In this document: positions 10,396 through 20,669 of the stretch, one piece after another
How positions within the stretch are numbered: the stretch's first letter is position 1
Layout: every line of letters starts with the position of its first letter
Source: an uncultured Acidobacteriaceae bacterium
GTDB taxonomy: Bacteria; Acidobacteriota; Terriglobia; Terriglobales; Acidobacteriaceae
Direction of reading: 5' to 3'
Length of the DNA: 64,000 nt
Assembly: GCA_963832755.1 (NCBI GenBank)
Contig: CAWHVM010000003.1
Span: 521,420-585,419, forward strand
The notes under the pieces: model-generated
Seen by the model: only the letters and a program-made list of their open reading frames with translations
What the model was told of the DNA's origin: nothing
Database searches by the model: none
Program-made: the position numbers and the translations under genes

Positions 10396-10453
10396 TGAAC
10401 TCCCGCAAAGAAATTTGCAGGCGCGCTTAGAAGTTACGACTGGCGGCGGTGAA

Positions 10454-11461
10454 TCACTCCGCCGCTATCTTGAGAATCAGTTTCCCGAAGTTTTCCCCGT
10501 CGAACAGCCTGACCAACGTGTCGGGAAAGGTTTGTAGTCCTTCGACGATATCCTCGCGCGCCTTGAGTTTGCCTGCCGCCATCCAGCCCGCGATTTCACG
10601 GACTGCCTCGGCATAGCGGCTAGCGTAGTCAAAGACCAGCATGCCTTTCATCGTCGCGCGATTCACCAATAGCGACATGTAATTGCGCGGGCCCTGGACA
10701 GGACCAGTATTGTTGTATTGCGAAATGGCGCCGCAGATCACGATGCGAGCGCCGCGCGCGAGGTTCGCGAGAGCAGCATCGAGGATGTCGCCGCCGACGT
10801 TGTCGAAATAAACGTTCATCCCCGCCGGGCAGGATTTCCGTAGCGCTGCGACCACGTCTTCGGATTTGTAATCGATGGCCGCGTCGAATCCGAGGTCGGT
10901 GACTAGATAACGGCACTTGTTGGCGCCGCCGGCAATGCCAACCGTCCGGCAGCCTTTGATTTTGGCAATCTGGCCTACGATGGCGCCAACGGCCCCGGCC
11001 GCCGAGACAACTACCGTGTCGCCCGGTTGGGGCTGGCCTGTTTCCAGCAATCCGAAATACGCCGTCATCCCCGTCATGCCCAACGCGCTGAGGAAAGTTG
11101 GGAGCGGCGCCAGATGGGGGTCAATCTCAGTCAAGCCCTTTCCGTCGGAGATGAAATATTCCTGCACTCCAAATGTTCCCGAGACATGCTTGCCTGTGGG
11201 GAAAAGCGGGTTCCTGGAGGCAACCACCTTGCCCAACGCCAAAGCGCGCATCACCTCACCGATGGCAACCGGTGGGACGTAGGACCGGCTCTGGTTCATC
11301 CAGCCACGCATGGCCGGGTCGAGCGAAATAAACAACACCTGGATCAGCACTTCGCCTTCGTTAGGCTCCCGAACTGTTTCTTCGACGTAGTCCCAATCTG
11401 TGCGCTTGGGCAGTCCCACCGGGCGGGCAGCGAGAGTGAATTTGTGATTGACGAGTCCCAT
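10454..11461 (-). CDS. NADP-dependent oxidoreductase, MDR family (YncB / alkenal-enone reductase type)
   Basis: Start trimmed to MGLVNHKFTLAARPVGLPKRTDWDY. Contains GDTVVVSAAGAVGAIVGQIAKIKGCRTVGIAGG. Confidence 0.88.
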   Translation of the reverse strand: MGLVNHKFTLAARPVGLPKRTDWDYVEETVREPNEGEVLIQVLFISLDPAMRGWMNQSRSYVPPVAIGEVMRALALGKVVASRNPLFPTGKHVSGTFGVQEYFISDGKGLTEIDPHLAPLPTFLSALGMTGMTAYFGLLETGQPQPGDTVVVSAAGAVGAIVGQIAKIKGCRTVGIAGGANKCRYLVTDLGFDAAIDYKSEDVVAALRKSCPAGMNVYFDNVGGDILDAALANLARGARIVICGAISQYNNTGPVQGPRNYMSLLVNRATMKGMLVFDYASRYAEAVREIAGWMAAGKLKAREDIVEGLQTFPDTLVRLFDGENFGKLILKIAAE

Positions 11462-11515
11462 GATGGTTTCCTTTCCGTTGCAACAGATTCTTCTCAACTT
11501 GTCAGACCTGATTTG

Positions 11516-13285
11516 TCAGAGCTGGTATCGTTCACTGGACAAAAGCCGAGCCGCAATCTGACGGCGCAGCGCGATGGAGTTCACGGGCGTGTGATCCGCG
11601 TAGCCGCGCACGGATGTGAGGTGCTTGCGCAATATGTCTCCGTCGCAGCAGGCGCTCAGCACCGTGCGCGCGAACGTCTCAATCCGGGCGATGGCATCGC
11701 GCAGGTACACGGCGCAGAGGTCGAGGCTGTTCGCTTCTTTTCCAGCCGCAGCCAGCTTTTGGCTGCGCAGCAGGCTGGATTCCATGGCGAAGACTTCCAG
11801 CGTGATGTCGGACAGGTTCATGATCACCTCCTGCTGCTTCTCCAGCTGCACGCCAAATTTTTCGTGGGCGACTGCAAGGGTCAGGAGGGCGATGGTTTTT
11901 GCGTTGCGCACGAGGTGATCTTCTTCGGTAACGCAAGGCTTTTCATTCGAGAGGCTGGGTTTCTCGCTGTTCAAGACGGACTGGGCCGCTTCGAACAGAG
12001 GCAACTGCCCACGGGCCGCCCGCTTCAAAGGCATGCCCATAATAACGAACCGGTTGATTTCGTTGGTGCCTTCAAAGAGGCGATTGATGCGCGAATCACG
12101 GTAGGCCCGCTCGACTGCGTAGTCCTGATGAAAACCATAACCGCCATGGATCTGGACGCCTTCGTCCACTACGTAGTCGAGCATCTCAGAGGCGAAGACT
12201 TTCACCATCGAGCATTCTGCCGCGTACTCCTCGAGCGCCTGCATCTCTGAACTCTGCCCCGGTTCGCCGGAACTGGTGTGCTTCTGATGTTCGATCAGGC
12301 CGGCAACACGCCAGACCATGGACTCCGCTGCAAAAATCCGAATGGCCATTTCGGCAAGCTTGTGCTGAATGGCACCGAACTCTGCAATGGCCGAGCCAAA
12401 GGCTTTTCTTTGCTTGGCATACTTGATGCAGATGGCGAGCACATTCTTGGCGGCGCCGACGGAGGCAGGACCAAGTTTCAAGCGTCCGATATTGAGCACG
12501 TTGAAAGCAATGACGTGACCGCGCCCGATTTCTCCTAGAACGTTTTCGACGGGAACCGGGACGTTATCGAGATAAACCGCCGTGGTGGAGCTACCGCGAA
12601 TGCCCATCTTGTGCTCCTCGGCACCGCTGCTGACGCCGGGAAAGGCTCGCTCCACGAGAAAGGCGGTGAACTTTTCGCCTCCGACTTTGGCGAAGACGGT
12701 GAACAGATCGGCTGCGCCACCGTTGGTGATCCACATTTTCTGGCCGTTGAGAATGTAATGCTTGCCATCGGGAGCCAGGTCGGCGCGAGTGCGCGCGGCA
12801 AGAGCGTCAGAACCAGCTAACGGCTCCGTGAGGGCATAGGCAGCCAGGAGTTCCACCCGCGCCAATCGCGGCAGGTATTTCTTCTTCTGCTCAGGGGTGC
12901 CGAAGTACACAATGGGAAGTGTGCCGATGCCAGTGTGCGCGGAGTGCCAGCCGGCGTAGGAGGCGTCGCGTCCCATGTGCTCGGCCGCGACCATCAGCGA
13001 GGGCAAGTCCATCTCCATGCCGCCAAATTCCTCTGGAATAGTCATGCCCGTGAGCCCGAGTTCCGTGGACTTGCGCAGTACCGCGAGAGCGAGGCCCGGC
13101 TGTTTCTCGCGGATGGCGGGAAGATTGGGCTCGACTTCACTGGCCCAGAACTCATCGATCATGCGGCCGACGGCAAGATGCTCGTCGGTGAGATCTTCCG
13201 GAGTGAACACCTGGGCGGGAAGAACATCTTCAAAGAGAAAAGCTGAACCTCTTGTCTTGCCGGAAACTTGTGTTAGTGTCGTCAT
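11516..13285 (-). CDS. long-form acyl-CoA dehydrogenase (about 590 aa, FadE-like with extra C-terminal domain)
   Basis: Start MTTLTQVSGKTRGSAFLFEDVLPAQVFTPEDLTDEH, with GGAGG 10 nt upstream. Motifs YALTEPLAGSDA, QKMWITNGG and VQIHGGYGF. Confidence 0.9.
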   Translation of the reverse strand: MTTLTQVSGKTRGSAFLFEDVLPAQVFTPEDLTDEHLAVGRMIDEFWASEVEPNLPAIREKQPGLALAVLRKSTELGLTGMTIPEEFGGMEMDLPSLMVAAEHMGRDASYAGWHSAHTGIGTLPIVYFGTPEQKKKYLPRLARVELLAAYALTEPLAGSDALAARTRADLAPDGKHYILNGQKMWITNGGAADLFTVFAKVGGEKFTAFLVERAFPGVSSGAEEHKMGIRGSSTTAVYLDNVPVPVENVLGEIGRGHVIAFNVLNIGRLKLGPASVGAAKNVLAICIKYAKQRKAFGSAIAEFGAIQHKLAEMAIRIFAAESMVWRVAGLIEHQKHTSSGEPGQSSEMQALEEYAAECSMVKVFASEMLDYVVDEGVQIHGGYGFHQDYAVERAYRDSRINRLFEGTNEINRFVIMGMPLKRAARGQLPLFEAAQSVLNSEKPSLSNEKPCVTEEDHLVRNAKTIALLTLAVAHEKFGVQLEKQQEVIMNLSDITLEVFAMESSLLRSQKLAAAGKEANSLDLCAVYLRDAIARIETFARTVLSACCDGDILRKHLTSVRGYADHTPVNSIALRRQIAARLLSSERYQL

Positions 13286-13760
13286 GATTGCAATGCCTCC
13301 GCTCGAAATTGACCACCTAAGTTCGTTGAAAGAATTCGAAGGCCGCGAAGCACCCCCGACGGATTGGCTGGTTCTGACCCAAGAGCGCATCCAGAAATTT
13401 GCGGACGCGACCGAAGACTGGCAATGGATTCACGTCAACCCGGAGCGTGCCGCGCGTGAGTCGCCTTACGGCGGCACCATTGCCCACGGCTTCCTTACGC
13501 TTTCGCTGTTGAGCCATTTTGTGCGGCAGTCGATTCGGGTGAGGGATGGAGTCGCGATGGGGATCAACTACGGACTGAATCGTGTGCGCTTTCCCTCGCC
13601 AGTGCGGGCGGGCGCGGCGATCCGCGCACGCGTGACTCTGCTTTCGGTCAAAGAGTCTGCCGAGTTCATGGATGCCGTTCTCTCGGTAACGATTGAGATG
13701 CAAGGCGGGAAGAAGCCCTGCTGCGTGGGGGAATACCTGGCGCGCTATTACCGGGCGTGA
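13284..13760 (+). CDS. MaoC-like (R)-specific enoyl-CoA hydratase / hot-dog fold protein
   Basis: ...PTDWLVLTQERIQKFADATEDWQWIHVNPERAARESPYGGTIAHGFLTLSL. The start is uncertain (ATG 13284, ATG 13293 or TTG about 13326). The 5-prime part of the 261-aa track ORF is antisense to the ACAD. Confidence 0.82.
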   Translation: MIAMPPLEIDHLSSLKEFEGREAPPTDWLVLTQERIQKFADATEDWQWIHVNPERAARESPYGGTIAHGFLTLSLLSHFVRQSIRVRDGVAMGINYGLNRVRFPSPVRAGAAIRARVTLLSVKESAEFMDAVLSVTIEMQGGKKPCCVGEYLARYYRA

Positions 13761-13816
13761 CCACGGGCTGGGTTGGCTCACGCCAGACAAACCGGGAACG
13801 AAGCCGCCGAGGTCCA

Positions 13817-14881
13817 TCATATTTCGCCGCTTTCTGCGCAATGCAGCGATGCGCGCATCAGGACCGCGATGCGATGGGGCATGGTGGCAAAGCGCTCATC
13901 GTGCGTCAGCCCGCGGGCATACCGGTAATAGATCTGCTGCACAATCACCGCGACCTTGAACCGCGCCAAGATCAAATAGAAGACCATGTCGTGGATGTCG
14001 CGTCCGGTGGCTAGAGCGTAGCGTTGCGCGAGCTCGGCGCGAGTTAATGTACCCGCGATCGTAGTCGGAGCGGAGCGGACTTCCTGCAACTCGTCTGGGT
14101 CAGCTGGGTCGGTCCAATAGGCCAAAGTAGTGCCCAGATCGGAGAGCGGGTCGCCCAGCGTACACATCTCCCAGTCGAGAACCCCAACGATTTTCGTAAT
14201 ATCATTCGAGTCGAGCACGACATTGTCATACTTGTAGTCGTTGTGAATCAGGGTCGCGTCGCTGGACGCTGGAATGTGATGCGTGAGCCAGGCGGAAATG
14301 CGTCCGACTTCGGGCAGGTCATGAGTCGCCGCATTGTGATAGCGATCGATCCATCGCTCCACCTGGCGTTCAAGGTAGCCCTGCGGCTTTCCCAAATCGC
14401 CAAGGCCAATCTTGTCGTAATCGAGGCCGTGCAAGCGTACGAGGTTGTCGAGGAACGCTTCGCTGAGTTGGCGTGCCATGGCGGGAGACAGCGATAGGCC
14501 GGGCGCCGGTTCTCGGCGCAGGATGATGCCTCGAATCGGCTCCATGAGATAGAAAGGAGCTGCGAGAACAGAGAGATCGTCGCAATACAGGATCACCTTC
14601 GGAGCAACTGGATAGGCTTCGTGCAACTTGGAGAGCACGCGATATTCGCGACCCATATCATGGGCAGTCTTGACCTGGCTGCCAAAGGGCGGCCGGCGCA
14701 GCACGAATTCTCTGGCGCCCCGAGTCACGCGATAAGTCAGATTCGAATGACCTGAGGGGAACTGCTCGACCGTGACGGGGCCCGAACTGTCGAAATGCCG
14801 GCTCAGATACGCGCTCAGCCGAGCCACATCGAGTTCTTCCCCTGGTCTGACGGCGACGGCACAATCACAAGCGGCAAACAT
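13817..14881 (-). CDS. phosphotransferase (APH / ACAD10-11 N-terminal kinase-like) family protein
   Basis: Start trimmed to MFAACDCAVAVRPGEELD. Contains SGHSNLTYRV, FVLRRPP, ATLIHNDYKYDNVVL and VLDWEMCTLGDPLSDL. Confidence 0.85.
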   Translation of the reverse strand: MFAACDCAVAVRPGEELDVARLSAYLSRHFDSSGPVTVEQFPSGHSNLTYRVTRGAREFVLRRPPFGSQVKTAHDMGREYRVLSKLHEAYPVAPKVILYCDDLSVLAAPFYLMEPIRGIILRREPAPGLSLSPAMARQLSEAFLDNLVRLHGLDYDKIGLGDLGKPQGYLERQVERWIDRYHNAATHDLPEVGRISAWLTHHIPASSDATLIHNDYKYDNVVLDSNDITKIVGVLDWEMCTLGDPLSDLGTTLAYWTDPADPDELQEVRSAPTTIAGTLTRAELAQRYALATGRDIHDMVFYLILARFKVAVIVQQIYYRYARGLTHDERFATMPHRIAVLMRASLHCAESGEI

Positions 14882-14918
14882 GTTCCGAACTTTTCCTCTT
14901 TCCAGAATTGCGAAACTC

Positions 14919-15638
14919 CTACCGATACGTGAGCAGGCACTCGTCCTCGAGATGAGGGTGAGCATTGAACGTACTGAGCGTGAAGCGGCCGCCCGAATTC
15001 AAGAACTCGCTGAACGAGGCGTTGCGCGACATCCACGTCAATTGCAGAGTGTCTGCATCTGACAAGTTCAGGGCTCGCCGCATGGCAACGCCAATGGGAC
15101 CTCCGGAAGTAAAGACTACGCAATCTCCGGCCGGCGTGGCGCTGCTTGCGATGGCCGCGATTCCCCGATCGACGCGCCCGCAGAAATCCCGCCAGGACTC
15201 CACGCCCTCGACCACTAACTCGCCACTCACCCACTTGCCGATCACCACTTCGAACATTTTTTGGAAGTGTTTCTTGCGTTCGCCAGCGTCCTTGCATTGC
15301 TCGAACGCCTGGTGAAGATCGCGCACTTCCTTAAATTTCTCCAGCATCTGTGGCAGACCTGCTTTCAAAACTGCTTCCGCCGGATATTCGTCGAACTCGC
15401 TCATCACCACCAATTCCGGAAACTCACGTCCATATCCTCGATAGGCTTCCTCGATCGCGCGCCCGGTCTGCACCTGCCGCACGCGGGGACCCGACCAGGC
15501 GCGGCTGAAGGCCACTCCGCGGCGTGCCCAGTACTCTCCCAGCAGGCGGGCCTGCTCTTCGCCGTTGGCGCAGAGTTTGTCATAGTTCGGCTCCAGAAAA
15601 GACGCCTGAGCGTGGCGGACTAAAATGACTCGACTCAT
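14919..15638 (-). CDS. histidine phosphatase (phosphoglycerate-mutase-like) family protein
   Basis: N-terminal MSRVILVRHAQASF (RHA/RHG catalytic motif). Length 239 aa. Lies 8 nt downstream of the thiolase gene. Confidence 0.82.
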   Translation of the reverse strand: MSRVILVRHAQASFLEPNYDKLCANGEEQARLLGEYWARRGVAFSRAWSGPRVRQVQTGRAIEEAYRGYGREFPELVVMSEFDEYPAEAVLKAGLPQMLEKFKEVRDLHQAFEQCKDAGERKKHFQKMFEVVIGKWVSGELVVEGVESWRDFCGRVDRGIAAIASSATPAGDCVVFTSGGPIGVAMRRALNLSDADTLQLTWMSRNASFSEFLNSGGRFTLSTFNAHPHLEDECLLTYR

Positions 15639-15646
15639 AATTCCGG

Positions 15647-16834
15647 TCAGCCAGCCCGCTCAAATAGACCTGCCGCGCCTTGACCGCCGCCGACGCACAT
15701 AGTGACGACCCCGTAGCGCACCTTGCGCGCCAGCATCTCGTTGGCGATGGTCCCGACCATACGCGATCCGGTCATGCCAAAGGGATGGCCGATAGAGATC
15801 GAGCCACCATTCACGTTCAGTTTCTCTGGATCAACGCCCAGCCGATCGCGGCAGTAGATCACCTGCACGGCAAACGCTTCGTTGAGTTCCCACAGATCAA
15901 CGTCGTCCATCTTCAGGCCAGTCCGCTGCAATAGCTTCGGTACGGCGAAAACCGGTCCAACGCCCATTTCGTCCGGCTCGCAGCCGGTCACCTGAAAACC
16001 GCGAAAGACAAGCTTGTAGGGAATGCCAAGCTGATCTGCGCGTTGGCGAGACATGAGAAGCGTGGCCGAAGCGCCATCGGAAAGCTGCGAAGAATTCCCA
16101 GCAGTAACCGTTCCCTGGCCGCTATCAGGATCAAAATGTGGTTTCAGCGCGAGCAGGCCGTCAAGAGTTGTGTCGGGACGATTGCATTCGTCATGGTCGG
16201 CGCAGACCTCCTTCTTGTTCACTACAGCATTGGTCTTCTTGTCCAGAATCGCCATCGTAACTTTCATGGGAGCGATCTCTTCGTTGAAGAAACCTTCCCG
16301 CTGAGCGCGAGCCGTACGCTGCTGGCTGAGGAGCGAGTACTCGTCCTGCGCCCGGCGGCTGATTTTGTAGCGCTTGGCGACGACTTCCGCGGTGTTGCCC
16401 ATCACCATGTAGAGCCCCGGCAATTGTTCCGGCATGCGTGGATTGGGGTCGGAACTGCGAGGCGTCATCGTGATGCTCTCCACCCCACCGGCAATCACCG
16501 CCTCGCTGCCGCCTTGGACGATCTGGTAAGCGGCCAGAGCAATCGCCTGCAAGCCGGAGGAACAGAAGCGGTTGATGGTGGTGCCCGCAACCGATGTGGG
16601 CAAGCCCGCGAGCATGGCGGAAATTCGCGCGACGTTGTTGCCTTGCGGACCATGCGGCTGCCCGCAACCGAGCACAACATCTTCCACTTCGCCGCGATCG
16701 AGGTGGGGAGTCTTGCGCAGAACACCCTGAATGCAGTGTGCCGCAAGATCATCCGGGCGCGTCATGTTGAACGAGCCTCGAAACGACTTCGCCAGCGCCG
16801 TGCGCGAGCTGGCAACCACTACGGCTTCTCTCAT
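15647..16834 (-). CDS. acetyl-CoA C-acyltransferase (thiolase)
   Basis: Start trimmed to MREAVVVASSRTALAKSFRGSF. Motifs NRFCSSGLQAI, NVNGGSISIGHPFGMTGSR and MCVGGGQGAAGLFE. Confidence 0.92.
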   Translation of the reverse strand: MREAVVVASSRTALAKSFRGSFNMTRPDDLAAHCIQGVLRKTPHLDRGEVEDVVLGCGQPHGPQGNNVARISAMLAGLPTSVAGTTINRFCSSGLQAIALAAYQIVQGGSEAVIAGGVESITMTPRSSDPNPRMPEQLPGLYMVMGNTAEVVAKRYKISRRAQDEYSLLSQQRTARAQREGFFNEEIAPMKVTMAILDKKTNAVVNKKEVCADHDECNRPDTTLDGLLALKPHFDPDSGQGTVTAGNSSQLSDGASATLLMSRQRADQLGIPYKLVFRGFQVTGCEPDEMGVGPVFAVPKLLQRTGLKMDDVDLWELNEAFAVQVIYCRDRLGVDPEKLNVNGGSISIGHPFGMTGSRMVGTIANEMLARKVRYGVVTMCVGGGQGAAGLFERAG

Positions 16835-16881
16835 AAGTTCCCCAAATCGCACCGAGGTGCGCGCAGGAAGTTCCACGCGCA

Positions 16882-19017
16882 CTACACAGTAACGGCCGGC
16901 TCCTTTTTGAACTCGGCAAACGTCTGGTTGGCCTCCGCGAGGCGCTTCAGCAAAGGAGCTGGCTCCCAGAGTTCTCCCTGTTGTTGGCGGAATTCGCACA
17001 GCCGGTCATAGACGTTTTTCAATCCCACCGTGTCGGCATACCACATCGGACCTCCGCGGTATGCCGGGAACCCATACCCATTCAGGTAGATGATGTCGAT
17101 GTCGACAGCGCGCAGGGCATATCCCTCTTCGAGAATGCGGGCACCCTCATTCACCAAGGCGTAGAGGCAGCGGTCGACTATTTCGGAAGCGGGGATTTTG
17201 CGCTGGGCGATTTCGGCTTCCGCGGACCAGCCGCGAACCAGGGCGGTGACCTCAGGATCGGGCCGGGAGTAGCGGCTCTCGTCGTAGCGGTACCAGCCGG
17301 CCAGCGTCTTCTGTCCGTAACGGCCCATCTCGCATAGACGATCCTCCGCGATGGGCTGGCGAACTCCAGGTTTTTCTAAATCGCGATATTCCTTGCGAAT
17401 GCGCCAGCCCACATCCAGTCCGGCGAGATCGCCGGTCGCGAGTGGTCCCATGGCCATGCCGAACTCGACCAGCGCGTTGTCGACGGCTTCCACGTCCGCG
17501 CCTTCTTCGACCAGGAACTGGGCCTCGCGGCGATAGGGTCCGAACATGCGATTTCCGACAAAGCCCCGGCAGTTCCCCACCAGCACGCCGATCTTGCCCA
17601 GCTTTTTCGAGAGCTGCATGCAGGTTGAGATGACTTCTTTGCTCGTCTCTTTTCCCCGCACAATTTCCAGCAGGCGCATGACGTTGGCCGGGCTGAAGAA
17701 GTGAGTTCCGATTACGGACTCCAGCCGCGAAGTGACGCCGGCAATGGCGTCGATGCTCAATGTAGATGTGTTGCTAGCCAAAATAGCGCCCGGCTTGCAC
17801 GCACGATCCAGATCTTGAAACACCTGCTTCTTAAGCGCCATGCCCTCGAAGACCGCCTCAACCACCATGTCGGCGCTGCCGAAGTTGTCGTAGCTGAGGG
17901 TTGGCGTAATCAGGGCAAGACGCTCGTCCACGAACTGCTGCGTGAAGCGTCCGCGCTGAACTGAGCTGGCATAGTTCTTTCGAATCTTCGCTAGCCCATG
18001 ATCGAGCGCGGGTTGATCAACCTCTTTGAGCAACAGGGGGATCCCGGCATTGGCAAAAACCATGGCGATTCCACCACCCATGGTCCCAGAACCGACGACG
18101 GCCACATTGCGGACTGGACGGACTGCCGTCTCTTTCGGAACGTCGGGAATCTTAGCCACCTCGCGCTCCCCGAAAAAGACATGGATAAGCGCCTTGGATT
18201 GATCGGAGAAGAGACATTCCGTGAAGAGTCTCCGCTCCACCTCGCAACCTTCTTCGAAAGAAAGTTTGGTTGCCGCTTCCACGGCATCAACGGCGGCAAG
18301 TGGCGCTGTAAGACCCCGCTGCTTCTTCCGGACATTCTCGCGCGCAGAAGCGAAAATTGCGGCGTTCTCCTCAGCCGTTCCCAGCTTCTGGGAGCGTTCG
18401 CGTGTTCTTGGCGCTGTTTTTCCGGCGACTTCGCGGGCAAAAGCCACTGCGCCGGCAAGCAGGTCGCCTTCAATTAAGCGATCGATGACACCGAGCCGGA
18501 AGGCTTCTGCTGCGGCAACAGGTTTGCCGTCGGTACACATTTCAAGAGCCTTCGCAACGCCGGCAAGCCGCGGCAGTCGTTGGGTTCCGGCCGCGCCGGG
18601 AATTAGGCCGAGCTTCACTTCGGGCTGGCCGACTTGGGCATCGCTTGAGGCAACGCGATAATGGCCCGCCATCGCCAGCTCCAGCCCTCCGCCAAAAGCC
18701 GCGCCATGGATCGCCATGATCACGGGCTTGTTGCAGTTCTCGATGGCGAGGAGGACCGGGAGAAATCCGGCGCCGCGCGATTTGCCAGAGGTCATCTTTC
18801 CGAATTCTTTAATGTCAGCGCCCGCGACAAACGTGCGTCCGCCGCCAATAAGGACCGCGGCTTTCACGGAGGGATCGCCGCCAATCTGTTGGATAGCCTC
18901 GGCAATCCCCTCGGGCACACCGGGGCTCAGGGCATTCACCGGCGGATTGTCGATGGTGATGATGGCGATGTCTTCGTTTTTGTCTTTGTCTTTGCTCAGC
19001 CGTACCAGACTATTCAT
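16882..19017 (-). CDS. bifunctional enoyl-CoA hydratase / 3-hydroxyacyl-CoA dehydrogenase (FadB/FadJ-like)
   Basis: 711 aa. N-terminal crotonase domain (GGGRTFVAGADIKEF) followed by a HADH Rossmann domain (VAVVGSGTMGGGIA). Confidence 0.92.
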   Translation of the reverse strand: MNSLVRLSKDKDKNEDIAIITIDNPPVNALSPGVPEGIAEAIQQIGGDPSVKAAVLIGGGRTFVAGADIKEFGKMTSGKSRGAGFLPVLLAIENCNKPVIMAIHGAAFGGGLELAMAGHYRVASSDAQVGQPEVKLGLIPGAAGTQRLPRLAGVAKALEMCTDGKPVAAAEAFRLGVIDRLIEGDLLAGAVAFAREVAGKTAPRTRERSQKLGTAEENAAIFASARENVRKKQRGLTAPLAAVDAVEAATKLSFEEGCEVERRLFTECLFSDQSKALIHVFFGEREVAKIPDVPKETAVRPVRNVAVVGSGTMGGGIAMVFANAGIPLLLKEVDQPALDHGLAKIRKNYASSVQRGRFTQQFVDERLALITPTLSYDNFGSADMVVEAVFEGMALKKQVFQDLDRACKPGAILASNTSTLSIDAIAGVTSRLESVIGTHFFSPANVMRLLEIVRGKETSKEVISTCMQLSKKLGKIGVLVGNCRGFVGNRMFGPYRREAQFLVEEGADVEAVDNALVEFGMAMGPLATGDLAGLDVGWRIRKEYRDLEKPGVRQPIAEDRLCEMGRYGQKTLAGWYRYDESRYSRPDPEVTALVRGWSAEAEIAQRKIPASEIVDRCLYALVNEGARILEEGYALRAVDIDIIYLNGYGFPAYRGGPMWYADTVGLKNVYDRLCEFRQQQGELWEPAPLLKRLAEANQTFAEFKKEPAVTV

Positions 19018-19061
19018 CGTAAACTCCGATCATCACTGCCACGTTTCTTCGGAAGTCAAGC

Positions 19062-20657
19062 TCAGATCCATCCCGCCTCCCTGCGCCCCACTCCCCCATA
19101 TTTTTTCCGCAGTTCCTTCTTTAATACCTTCCCCGTAGCAGTCTTGGCCAGGGTCTCGCAGAATTCGATCGATCGCGGGCATTTGTAGTGCGCCAAGTTC
19201 GAGCGGCAGAACTCAATGAGTTCCGCTTCCGTCGCGGCGGATCCTGGTCTTAGAATCACCACGCCTTTGGGGACTTCCCCCCACTTGTCGTCCCCGACTG
19301 CGATCACAGCAGCCTCGTACACGGCAGGATGCGCCAACAACGTTCTCTCTACTTCCAGAGACGAAATATTTTCTCCACCGCTCACAATGATGTCCTTCTT
19401 GCGATCGACGATCAGGATGTAACCGTTTTCCATGACCACGGCCATATCGCCGGTGTGAAACCAACCGCCGCGCAGGGCTTCGGTCGTAGCCTCGGGTTGC
19501 CGCCAATAACCAGCCATCACACTGTCACTGCGCGCAAGGAGTTCACCCATGGTCTCGCCGTCGCGAGGCACGTCCTGGTCCTCGAAATCCACGACCCGCA
19601 ACTCAACTCCTGGATAGGCATAGCCAGTCATCGACTGCAGCAGGTAGCGCTGCTCGGGTTCGCACACTACATCTGGTTTCAGCTCCGCCGTAGCGAGAGA
19701 AGGCGAGCACTCGGTCAGTCCGTATCCGGAAAAACAGTTGCAGCCGAGCTTCTGTTCGACGTCGCGCATTAGAGAAGGGAAAGATGCGGCGCCCCCGATG
19801 GTGATCCACTCCAGGCTGCTCAAGTCATACTTAGAACGTTCCGGACAATTGACCAACGCAGACGCCATGATGGGCACCAGGCTTAAGGAATGGACTCGCT
19901 CCCGCTCCACCAGGCGAAAGATCTCTTGCGGAATAAATCGCGCACTCATGACATGCGTTCCACCCACGAGGGTGACGGTGTGCGCCGCTCCCCAGCCATT
20001 GGCATGGAACAAAGGAATCGTATGCAGGAATACGTCTTTCGACTTTGCCTGGTGGTAGAGAGCTATGTTCATAGCGTGGAGATAGATGTTTCTGTGGGTG
20101 AGCATCACGCCTTTTGGATTGGCGCTGGTGCCGCTCGTGTAGAAGAGTTCGCAAACAGAATCCTCGTCAAATGAAGTGATTTCCGCGCGGTACGGTGTTG
20201 CGGCGTCGAGGAGTTGCTCGTAGTTTTGGGCAGCGAGCCACTCGGCCTGGGGAGTCGCATCGAGCAGGTAGCAGGACTCGACGCTGGTCAGTTTCGAGCG
20301 AAAAGAATCGACTAGACCAAGGAATTCCTGTCCCACAAACAACTTCGTCGCGCCGGAATCGTTCAGGATGAAAGCGAGTTCCTGCGGCGCGAGGCGGTAA
20401 TTCAGCGGCAGCAGGATTGCCCCGGCATCGAGAACTCCAAAGTACGCCTCCAGCAACCGATGACAATTCATGCTAAGAAAAGCAACTCGATCTCCCGCAT
20501 TCACTCCCGCCGCGCGCAGTGCGCCCGCCAATCGGGCCGCGTGATCGGCGAACTGCGTGTAGGTAAATCGCTGGTCCTGGCAAACCACCGCCGTCTTGTT
20601 GGGAAACTGCTGTTCCGCATAACGGAGGAAGCGGACGGGTGTGAGCGGAATATTCAT
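19062..20657 (-). CDS. AMP-dependent acyl-CoA synthetase/ligase
   Basis: 531 aa with FYTSGTSANPKGVMLTHRN, GYGLTE, WFHTGD and DRKKDIIVSGGENI. Confidence 0.9.
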   Translation of the reverse strand: MNIPLTPVRFLRYAEQQFPNKTAVVCQDQRFTYTQFADHAARLAGALRAAGVNAGDRVAFLSMNCHRLLEAYFGVLDAGAILLPLNYRLAPQELAFILNDSGATKLFVGQEFLGLVDSFRSKLTSVESCYLLDATPQAEWLAAQNYEQLLDAATPYRAEITSFDEDSVCELFYTSGTSANPKGVMLTHRNIYLHAMNIALYHQAKSKDVFLHTIPLFHANGWGAAHTVTLVGGTHVMSARFIPQEIFRLVERERVHSLSLVPIMASALVNCPERSKYDLSSLEWITIGGAASFPSLMRDVEQKLGCNCFSGYGLTECSPSLATAELKPDVVCEPEQRYLLQSMTGYAYPGVELRVVDFEDQDVPRDGETMGELLARSDSVMAGYWRQPEATTEALRGGWFHTGDMAVVMENGYILIVDRKKDIIVSGGENISSLEVERTLLAHPAVYEAAVIAVGDDKWGEVPKGVVILRPGSAATEAELIEFCRSNLAHYKCPRSIEFCETLAKTATGKVLKKELRKKYGGVGRREAGWI

Positions 20658-20669
20658 GAGTGCTGACTG

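Noticed and set aside
11027-12250. 407-aa plus-strand ORF spanning the enone reductase / long ACAD boundary
   Set aside because: It is antisense to two well-supported genes and crosses their intergenic gap. It has no family features and shows shadow-frame composition.
16043-17011. 322-aa plus-strand ORF opposite the thiolase gene
   Set aside because: It is antisense to a textbook thiolase, is Arg/Ala/Gly-rich, and has no motifs.
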